This document shows, piece by piece, positions 54,601 to 64,000 of a stretch of 64,000 nt of DNA. The notes under the pieces are model-generated. The model saw only the letters and a list, made by a program, of their open reading frames with translations, did not search any database and had not been told where the DNA came from. Position numbers and translations under genes: made by a program. Origin of the DNA: Octopus bimaculoides (taxonomy: Eukaryota); assembly GCF_001194135.2 (NCBI RefSeq), contig NC_068988.1, forward strand, positions 59,448,737-59,512,736. The letters run 5' to 3'. Positions within the stretch are counted from its first letter, which is position 1. Each line of letters opens with the position of its first letter.

Positions 54601-54964
54601 GTGGGCAGGACGATGAAACCGCCATACACGCTCTTGTACAGTGGCCGGAGGCTTCGGTTTGCCAATTTACGTAGAACATGTGTTGTCGCATCTAGGAAGA
54701 GTACAGCTATCAGCTAAATCTATGATAAAGATTGTACCACCAATCGGACCATCAAAGGAAGGTGATGCATGCTCTTCGTGTACAGACGCATCGTTGAAAG
54801 AATGTGTAGGGAGAACTAGAATGAAAGAAGTCACGACAGGAAATTTTATCTCCGGCCTTGGGTTTCTGTATTCAGATACCATCTGAAGACATCTGTCGCG
54901 AAGTATATTCGAGAAAAGATGGAAGGATAATGCAAGGAAACTGGGCATGATTGACCTTACTTAA
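51640..54964 (+). pseudogene. LINE ORF2 (AP endonuclease + reverse transcriptase + Zn finger), many stops and frameshifts
   Basis: APE: YINAHGLRS, VVTESKL, LVAVYAS, LLGEFS, QWTWTN..LDRIF. RT: SPALDSLPYECY, LKILAKVLA, QTCAIPGRSIEDNL, HLDQSNAFDRVDH, SVRQECSLS, YEAVTGTKVNKDKS, VKVLGVWFG. C-terminus: RNALPVHER..GPSCGQDDETAIHALVQW; ends FEKRWKDNARKLGMIDLT* at 54964. Confidence 0.92.
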
Positions 54965-55168
54965 TCTCATTCATGGTAAAAGCAAGGTGTAGCCACTGGA
55001 CTTCACGGTTATGATTTATTTGAAAAAGGTAATTTTTTTTCTAAATATTATATGCATTATCCGACTTGTAAGAAACATTATAATATGAACTCAAAATCAC
55101 ACGATTGTTTGTAATGTCCTGTATTGTCCTTTTCTATGTAAGATATCAATTATCATAATAAGGAATCA

Positions 55169-55375
55169 CCTCTCAGGTACATCTGATCGACAAGAGTCAA
55201 CAAACTCGAAAATATCGATGCCTCAGATTTCCGAGTGAGGGCAACACTGAACGAATGGAGTGTTTTCACATCTTTTTACCATACGTGAGAATTATTTCTC
55301 CACGGTAACTGCAGTGTATTTGCCTTTAGCAGTTGAAATATGTGACAAACATATTTCAACTAACCTAAATTGTGA
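55169..55375 (-). repeat. Right arm of ~207-bp inverted repeat flanking the LINE
   Basis: cctctcaggtacatctgatcgacaagagtcaa...cacggtaactgcagtgtatttgcctttagc..aacctaaattgtga; reverse complement of 50517-50723. Confidence 0.95.
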
Positions 55376-55592
55376 TTATACTTCAACACTGCTTAGCGCA
55401 TTTATTCCGATATATATNNNNNNNNNNNNNNNNNNNNNNNNNNNNNNNNNNNNNNNNNNNNNNNNNNNNNNNNNNNNNNNNNNNNNNNNNNNNNNNNNNN
55501 NNNNNNNNNNNNNNNNNNNNNNNNNNNNNNNNNNNNNNNNNNNNNNNNNNNNNNNNNNNNNNNNNNNNNNNNNNNNNNNNNNNNNNNNNNNN

Positions 55593-55625
<33 letters not shown>

Positions 55626-56016
55626 TCGTATGTACTTATAAATCTCTGTATGTTCTTCTTAATAAGAATCTACTAAAAAGATTACTTAATACATCGAGTT
55701 AGTTATCATTATGAGAAGACTGGAAGAATTAACGTTTTCATCATAATTAGTGAGATTTGAAGGCTTCACATCAAACCAATATATGAATATCGAAAGCTTA
55801 TCAAATATTAGAATAAATTAAATGTTATGAACACTATTCTAACTCGTGCATATAAAATTTAAATAAATGTGATACATGTAAGTAATTAATTATTAGGTGT
55901 ATTGAAAAGAGACAGAAAGATCAGTGATGGAAAAGAGTGACGTTGCAAACCAAATAAGAGATATAATGGGGTAACTTAAATTTTACAAATTTAACGAGTA
56001 GGTGCATTCGTGTGCT

Positions 56017-56050
<34 letters not shown>

Positions 56051-56060
56051 AATAAATACT

Positions 56061-57039
56061 TTATAAGAATTTATCAAGTTGGTAGCGTGAGAAAACCTCA
56101 TAAGGAAAAATAACCATCATTTTTTCCCATAAATATAATTTAATTTATATAAAGGCATTACTATACAATAATGCCTCACGCTTAGAGGGACTCCATAAGA
56201 CAAAAGTACCATATTAAGCACATTTTACCTATCGCGAGGGAATGCAACTTTCAAAGCTAACCTCCTAAAAACTTTTAACTTAACGGTAAACCAATGGTTT
56301 CATAATTAATGCAGCAAACTATGCAGTAAACTGCATCTTTTATTCATCAGTACACGTATAGTCAAGACACATAAAAATAAACAAAAATCAACATACCCTG
56401 ACGAGCACTCCATGTGTTCAGCAACAGTACATAGACGTTTGTTCATCCCTATATATCCATGAAAGAGCCGGGCTTTTTATGTTACACTTCGGTACATTTG
56501 CTTTTACGGAATAATATTCAGCACTGAATATATTCTAATTATTCATAATATAATATTAGGATAAAAAAATTTATAAGAATTTATCAAGTAGTTAGCGTGA
56601 AAAAACCTCATAAGGAAAAAAAACCGTCATTTTTTTCCATAAATATATATAATTTAATTTTTATAAAGGCATTACTATACAATAATGCCTCACGCTTAGA
56701 GGGACTCCATAAGTCAAAACTACCATAATAAGCACATTTTACCTATCGCGAGGGAATGCAACTTTCAAAGCTAACCTCCTAAACACTTTTAAGTTAACGG
56801 TAAACCAATGGTTTCATAATTAATGCAACAAACTATGCAGTAAACTGCATCTTTTATTCATCAGTTCACGTATGGTCAAAACACATAAAAATAAACAAAA
56901 ATCAACATACCCTGACGAACACTCCATGTATTCAGCAACAGTACATAGACTTTTGTTCATCCCTATATATCCATGAAAGAGCCGGGCTTTTTGTGTTACA
57001 CTTCGGTACATGTGCTTTTACGGAATAATATTCAGCACT
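56061..57039. repeat. 510-bp tandem duplication (second unit cut by the PLE)
   Basis: ttataagaatttatcaagt... begins at 56061 and again at 56571; colinear and highly similar up to ..ttcagcact at 57039. Confidence 0.95.
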
Positions 57040-57128
57040 ACAGTTCTATATTTAAGAGATGAGGAATTAATTACATTATTTACATTATTTACATTTGACG
57101 GATATTTGTCCTCATCCTGTTTGTTGTT

Positions 57129-57174
57129 AACACAACGTTTCGGCTGATATACCATCCAACCTTCGTCAGGTGTC
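57129..57174 (-). ncRNA. Minimal type I hammerhead ribozyme in the PLE 3' terminal repeat
   Basis: Minus strand reads GACAC-CTGACGA-A-GGTTG-gatggtatat-CAGCC-GAA-ACGT-T-GTGTT. Intact CUGANGA and GAAA core, stem I GACAC/GTGTT, stem II GGTTG/CAGCC, loopless palindromic stem III ACGT, GUU site. Matches PLE minimal/dimeric hammerheads. Confidence 0.8.
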
Positions 57175-57254
57175 TTGGGGAAATTTTGAACCTGGGTTCT
57201 CATTCCTAACGATGTTACTATTATTATATTATCATTATTATTACTATTATTAAT

Positions 57255-57318
57255 CAGGTCGCTGAATCGGAATCTTGGTGTTAGTAGCCCGCGCTCTTAA
57301 CCACTACGCCATATGCCC
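57255..57318 (-). promoter_or_regulatory. tRNA-derived module (A box; B box deleted) followed by (AAT)-rich tract inside the PLE 3' UTR
   Basis: Minus strand GGGCATATGGCGTAGTGGTTAAGAGCGCGGGCTACTAACACC: A box TGGCGTAGTGG, D-arm-like segment, anticodon-loop-like CTACTAA. (AAT)-rich tract at 57211-57254. Confidence 0.6.
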
Positions 57319-58736
57319 GTGGGCAATTATGGAGTGAATTTTAGGGCTTATAAATCTATTATTTTTTTATCCTTCCGCAATACCGGTTCCCATATGCTAT
57401 CCATATCTGCAATCGGTCTGCTTAGGAGGTTGTTGTGTCCTAGCATATGTGCTCCTTCTTTTAGTTTTCGTATTTCCCAGTGTTGTTCTCTGTCTATTAT
57501 TTTAACTTCATCCCACAGGGGGAGGTGGTCTCCATTTTGCCATACACGATCAGCTATCAATATCTCTTCGTGTCACAGGTTTGCGATGTTCTTCTACCCT
57601 TATTTTGAGGGGGCGACATGTTTCGCCCTTGTATAACCTACCACAGCTGCATGGGATGGAGTACACGCAGTTTTTGGTCATATTCTCTTCTGTTGGTGGT
57701 TTTACCCGAAGGAGATATTTGCGAAGTGTTGTATTGCTCTTGAATACTGCCCTGATGTCATATAGGCCACATATCTTTTGTATCTTTTCGGAGAGGCCTT
57801 TCACATAGGGTAGATAGACTGTAGACAGTTTATTTGTTTCATCCTCTCTTTTCTTCATAATTGGAGTAGATAGTATGTTCTTGGGACAGTTGTTTCTTAA
57901 TAGATTGTTTCTGAGCTTGATCATTTCTTCGTGGTGGGTATCACGATCGCTACTTATATTCTTTGCTCGATGTTTTAAGCACTGAGCAATTCCTCTCTTT
58001 ACATTGTTTAGATGGTGGGAATTGAAGTTAAGGTATCGTCCAGTGAAGGTTGGCTTGCGATATACGGAATATCCTGAATCCATACTCGGTGCGTGTTATT
58101 AATACGTCCAGGAATGCCAGCTGATTGTTCTGTTCCTTTTCCATGGATTTATTGAGTTCACATGATCTAACAGCATTTGGACATGTTGCTGGTGGGGCCA
58201 GAGAATAAAGGTGTCATCAACGTATCGCAGCCATAGGGTTGGTTTTAGTGGTGTTGATCCTAAAGCCAAATTCTCGAAGTATTCCATGTATATATTGGCT
58301 ATTATCGGTGATAATGGCGAACCCATAGCTAAACCATCTTAATGTCGATATATATCACTGTCCATACTGAAGTAGGTAGTTTCTACACAGAAAGAAATTT
58401 AAAAAGAGCGTGGAAATGTTTAAAAGAAAATAGAGTTGAAATTGCACGATTATGCAGTAAACAAGTTTAAGGAAAATATAAAAAAATATTGATAAAAAAA
58501 TATAATCCAGGTAAATGATATGGAAAGGATTTAAATCTAAATCTGAATGGATTAAGTAATTTTCCGATACTGGAATCAAAACAGTATAATGGATACATTT
58601 CAGATGAAATATCGAAGACTTGAAACAACTTTTTGGCAACATATTTTGCACTAAGTGAGATGCAGCAAAAATTGAGGGTCTCCAAAGGGATTCAAGTATT
58701 TAGAGAATACATGTATGTGCGTGTGTGTTTGCTTGT

Positions 58737-58785
<49 letters not shown>

Positions 58786-59586
58786 AGTGTGTATGAGTGT
58801 GTATATGTGTGTGATTGTGTGCGTGTGCGTATGTACTTGAGAATTGCAATGAAAACCATTGTGTGTGTTTTCATTATATTTAGCCATATGATGTCAGTTG
58901 GCATTGGTACATAGTTCTACGAACCTAATTCTACGAAATATAGATCAGAAAATTCTGCTATTGAGTATATTGTCTTTTATTATTATTATTTTTGTTAGTC
59001 ATTTTGTCGAAAATTAGTTAGTAGTGTTCGATAGTATTGCATCAATTTGGATTTCTAAATGTATATAGGGTTTTGTGAATATCTTTTATAACTATGTATA
59101 AGTAGCTTCCTTCAATTTAGCAAGTCAAATTAATTTGTGAACAATACAACACGTGTTTACTCTTATATTATGCATTGGAACGACATAAGGTAACGTTCCT
59201 TGATTATTATCTGAACTGCTAATATTCCAGATTGTTATAGTTCTTTTATAATTCTTCAGTTTATAGCAGAATCTAATTCATTTTCAGAGAGATTGCGTCA
59301 CCATTTTGCAGTACCTGCTAAAAGCTGATAAGTTTCTCTGAACCAGATATAATTACTTATTGCTAAGGTAATGCAGGCTGAAAGCAGGTGATGGAAGAAT
59401 CCGAAATTATAGCGCGTCCATTATTTTCTGTAGCAAGTTGACAGTAGGTAGTATAGATATTTTGTTGAGGAAAAATTCATATAAAATGTCGATTAACTTA
59501 TATATTTAATATGAGAATATTTATATTCCATATATCTTATATTAATAAAAAATTTGTAATACTAGATATTGTGTCATGGAAAGGTA

Positions 59587-59961
59587 TTGTTGTTGGCACT
59601 CCGTCGCTTACGACGAAGAGGGTTCCAGTTGATCCGATCAACGGAACAGCTTCCTCGTGAAATTAACATGCAAGTGGTTCAGCACTCCAGAGACACGTGT
59701 ACCCTTAACGTAGTTCTCCGGATATTCAGCGTGACATAGTGGGACAAGGCTGGCCCTTTGAATTACAGGCACAACAGAAACAGGAAGTAAGAGTGAGAGA
59801 AAGTTGTGGAGAAAGAGTACAGCAGGGTTCACCACCATCCCCTGTCGGATCCTCGTGGAGCTTTAGGTGTTTTCGCTCAATAAACACTCAAAACGCCCGG
59901 TCTAGGAATCGAAACCGCGATCCTGTCCGCTGCCCTAACCACTGGGCCATTGCGCCTCCAC
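59587..59961 (-). mobile_element. tRNA-derived SINE family B with alternative tail ending in (AAC)n
   Basis: Head/core reverse-complementary to 1311-1510 (gagctttaggtgttttcgctcaataa; gaatcgaaaccgcgatcct; gctgccctaaccactgggccattgcgcctccac); tail differs. Confidence 0.85.
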
Positions 59962-60404
59962 TATGGAAGGGTATTACGCCAATAATAACACACGCACTCT
60001 TTCAATGTCACTTCATTTTTGTTAGTCATTTGGTTCAATATCTAACCAACTAACTAATCGATCAGTTGTATAATGTAGTGATTACACATTAGCTTATTTG
60101 CTTGTGAGTCAAATTTATTTCATCGTTGTTCGCAACTCCATTGTTCGCGACTTCATTACTGTTCTCGTCATTCTCATAGACTACTCTCTCTTCCCAATGT
60201 GTGCAATGAATCTGTTCGAAAATTTATCTTATGCTTTTGTTTATACATTCTTGTGTGTTTGTATATAGATGTGTGTTTACTTAGAAGAAATAAGGGTGAG
60301 AGTAAATGAAGTGCGTGTGTGAGTCTGTGCGTGTGCATGAGTTTGTATCTGAGCACGCTTGATTACGTGAATGATTGTGTATGTTCACCCACGTTACTAC
60401 TTGT

Positions 60405-60457
<53 letters not shown>

Positions 60458-60980
60458 TGTGTGCGTGTGTGCGTGTGTGCGCGCATGGGCCATTCATGTC
60501 CAGTTTAAGGCTAGGGCTTTTTTGAAAGACAGCTCATGTTCAGATCTACTGGGTTTTTCATGTCATCTGGTAAAAATTTATGGATGTATGGTGCATGTTC
60601 GTATGTGCGTATGTGTGAATGAGTGTTTACTTACGTGCGCATGCATGCGTATCTTCGTGAGTGTGGGTGTGAACTTTTTAATAGGTAGACATCTGTGTGT
60701 ACGCTTACATGTGTGCATTCTTGTGCTTGTGTATGTGTTCTTCCGTATCTATGTATTCCCGCTTGTGTGCGTAGATGTGTGCATGCACGTATACGTGTAT
60801 ATGTGTGTGGACATGTATTTACGAGTGTGTGTGTGTGTGCAATCCCCAAATGAACACTCTATATCTTTAATACTATAGCGCAGGTAGGTACCTGATATGG
60901 TTATTCTAGGTAGCACAACCCCATAATGTCTTACCCAGGACGCCGAGAGGGACGATGGAGAGCATGCAACACATAGCTAA

Positions 60981-61589
60981 CTTCACTCACCAGAGTATTA
61001 AGGTTACAATAGACTGTATAATATAGTGATAACGGAAAAAGATTTTGGTCTTTTCTTCTTTGAGGATATGGCAGAAAACGTAATAATCCTCAAAGCAGAT
61101 GGAGTTGGAACATGCTTGTGTATTTAAAAAGGAAAAAAAAAAAGTTGTGCCTTCTGCATTTGAGAACTCCCCAAACTTATGGTGGCTGAAAGATTGGTAT
61201 ATTCCCCGCTAAAGTTCGCTGGAAAATGGGACTCTTAAGGAAAAATTTTGGGAGGACAATTTCCAGTAACTCTAAATGCAGTTGGCTTTCACCATCAAGT
61301 GACATATCGTTCCGGACGTTTCTTGTAGATATATCTGAAAGACAGAGTAAACCGTAAAAACTTCGGACCATCCATCTAAGGTCAATACCCATGATGACCT
61401 TAAAGGACTAAGCCAAGAAACATTACGAATTGTGACTGAAATCGCTTTGGAATGATCCCGCCATTGTCAACAGCAAAATGATTGTCATTTGTGCGACGTA
61501 ATTTTCGTCTTTATAATTTATAACAGAAAATGTGAATTTTTAATAATTAAAAATGCTATTACATGTTTAAATGGCCTAGAGCCACACTG
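60981..61589 (+). pseudogene. Tc1/mariner transposase relic with 3' TIR-like end
   Basis: LHSP..FGLFFFED..TLKEKF..WLSPSSDIS..FL*IYLKDRV..LSQETLRIVTEIALE*SRHCQQQNDCHLCDVIF, resembling LHSPK..GPYFFE..WPPRSPDL..FLWGYLKDRVY..NGGHLSDVIF. Ends CACACTG|TA, like a CACCCTG-TA TIR end. Confidence 0.6.
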
Positions 61590-64000
61590 TATAAATCACA
61601 ACATATGGACATCGTCTTCAGAGCGCATCTGCTATAGACGTATAAAGGAATTAATCTCGAAAATGTGCGAATAGTTGAAAATGTTCCGGTAGCGGCGGTG
61701 GAATTTCTAAATGTAGATTTTCGTGTCTTTGGACGTAAGCCGTATTAAAAATTCTTGAGCACTGCTAGGCTTACATAAATTCAGTTCTACTATTATACCA
61801 AAACAAATAATGAATTATTGGTGTTGCTGTACGCCTTTCCTCAGATACGGAAACAATTCTGTAGCTTTTATTACTTTACATCGTACATCTATAAGAGATG
61901 GTTTGTTAAAATAGATACCATAGTTTTGTTGCTTTCTTTAGTGTATCAACGTTAAGCACCATATACCGAACATTATTCTAAAATTTCTGTTTCTCTCACT
62001 TCAAGAAGAATTACATAGTATATGCAGGTACGCAACCCACACTTGTCAACTCGCAAGCGTGTACGTGACAAAAACAAAATGGCTGGTTTTATACAGTTGG
62101 CATGCAAAGAAAATGCCTATATATATANNNNNNNNNNNNNNNNNNNNNNNNNNNNNNNNNNNNNNNNNNNNNNNNNNNNNNNNNNNNNNNNNNNNNNNNN
62201 NNNNNNNNNNNNNNNNNNNNNNNNNNNNNNNNNNNNNNNNNNNNNNNNNNNNNNNNNNNNNNNNNNNNNNNNNNNNNNNNNNNNNNNNNNNNNNNNNNNN
62301 NNNNNNNNNATATATATATATATAGGCAACATAATAATAATTATAACCAGTAAAACATCAAGATAAAATATGTGGAAAACAACGAGAATGATATGTGTAT
62401 GTATTCGTCTCTTTATGTGTGTAAAGACAGGAAAAATTTATATGCGTCTATATGCGTATAAAAGTAAAAGAGGACATGTAAAGAAACAATATTTGCGAGT
62501 CATATTTATACATATTTATTTGCCAAGAAATCTAATTAGAATAAAATGAAATAATATTTGATATTCAGATTAGATGATAGAAGTTCAATTCTAAGTAAGA
62601 AAGAAAATTATAATTAATGTCAATTAAGAATACAGAGTTCTATTAAATCAATAAATTGTTAAGAAATCAAATAAAAGCTAAAATAAAGAATAAAATGAAT
62701 AAATAAACATAAATAAGGAAAGACACGGTGTGTAATTTTTGCTCCCGAGAATTTTAATATTCATCATTCCAACTGTTTTCTGGTACTGTTACTGTCATAC
62801 TATTATATTCAACTTGAAATTTATTCATATATATGTTTTCCATTGAAGACTTTTGAAACATTCATTGAATTCATGTCTAAAGTGAATAAGAATATGGTTG
62901 TATTAATAAAATGTGTATATTTCTACTATTTAACATTTATTAATGTACCAAGTATTCAATTAACCTTCATATTGGTAAAACCTTCTCGAATATAGCACGC
63001 GTAGGACACATTAAAGTGTCACTTCTAACACCTAGATATCTGACAGAGGAACGAGGTTCATTTCATTTGTTTTGCCCTCTCCCACTGCATAGCACATTGG
63101 GCAAGTGCCTTCTACTATGGCTAGCTGGAAACGATGTTTCATGGGACGAAATAACAGTAACATTCGTCCCACCTGGGAATGCCATATTATGTTGGCAAAA
63201 AGTCATTGCTTCATGGTGCTGTTACTGTATATCTCTCTTTGGGAGATTTAGAAATAATAATATTTCTAATATATATATATAATCTTGGTGACCTGGTAAT
63301 TCGTTACATATCATCGGGTTGGATGTTATCAATGAACACAGAGTAGAAACGAAATAGGTGAATCAACTGTATAAAACTTTGTAGTATGAGAGGTAGTCAG
63401 ACATATGCGAGTTGGAATAGATCGATAGATACTTCAATTAACGTATATGGATAAGAATACAAATTTTAATACATGTATCCATATACATTATACAGAATAT
63501 TCACACATAAAGAAATGAAATACACAAATACACATATATACATAAACTCTAAACCCTACAAACGTGATAAACGTTACAGACAATAACATTATAACTATTG
63601 CCCTTCAAGGATGGTTTTGTTCGTAATATTACGGGAAAGGAATTTTTATTTATAATACAAAAGTATTACTTCTAAAATCTGTTTTGATAAAATCAATATT
63701 TATAATTTAAGGTTGTGTAATATCTAATGTTTTAAGTGTGGTATCATTACGATCTGTTTTGTGTGCGTCGTCATTTATAAAACCTAAATGTTACATATCT
63801 AACAAAATTTTAAAAACATTTCAAAACATTGTGTCGATTCTGACGTCAGATTATAATTATAATAAAAATGTAAAGCTCTCTATATATAATTAAATCATTG
63901 TATTGAGCAAAACCTCATTAGAGGATTAGCACAAGACATGCCACTAGGTTATTAGATGGTATGTTTCCAAATTCTTTGAACAGACCAACTGCAAAAACTG

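Larger units (their letters stand above)
50724..55168 (+). mobile_element. Tx1/L1-clade non-LTR retrotransposon, decayed, probably 5'-truncated in ORF1
   Basis: Ordered ORF1 zinc knuckle, APE, RT and C-terminal Zn-finger motifs (see sub-features). Confidence 0.92.
57039..58340 (-). mobile_element. Penelope-like element (Penelope/Poseidon type), 5'-truncated, frameshifted RT + GIY-YIG + 3' terminal repeat
   Basis: DGLAMGSPLSPIIANIYME..WLRYVDDTF..MEKEQNNQLAFLDVLI..VYRKPTFTGRYLNFNSHH..LPYVKGLSEKI..NCVYSIPCSCGRLYKGETCRPLKIRVEEH..LRKDKKIIDL*. Confidence 0.95.

Noticed and set aside
56398-56425. CTGACGA followed by a small stem in the 510-bp repeat
   Set aside because: No GAAA after stem II, so not a hammerhead.
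57255-57318. Functional tRNA gene
   Set aside because: T-arm/B box is deleted and there is no acceptor stem; treated as a SINE-like module.

Overview
AT-rich, microsatellite-dense animal genomic scaffold with many N gaps. The repeat landscape resembles a cephalopod (Octopus-like) genome; this is an inference, and no taxon is directly readable. No intact host protein-coding gene is recognisable, and most ORF-track entries are microsatellite or N artefacts. Recognisable content is mobile DNA: many tRNA-derived SINE copies, four decayed Tc1/mariner transposase pieces, and two Penelope-like elements (PLEs). One PLE is a GIY-YIG fragment with a Cys-rich linker at 10.1-10.5 kb. The other is an RT+GIY-YIG copy at 57.0-58.3 kb whose 3' end carries a tRNA-like module and a minimal hammerhead ribozyme. 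The window also holds a second hammerhead-like motif, a long palindromic (foldback) element, a TIR-bounded MITE with (TTAGGG)3, and local tandem duplications. The most unusual structure is a decayed Tx1/L1-clade LINE (zinc-knuckle ORF1, APE-RT-Zn ORF2; 50.7-55.2 kb). It is bracketed by ~207-bp inverted repeats (50517-50723 / 55169-55375) with TA microsatellite outside both arms. SINE and relic boundaries are approximate and identities were estimated by eye.
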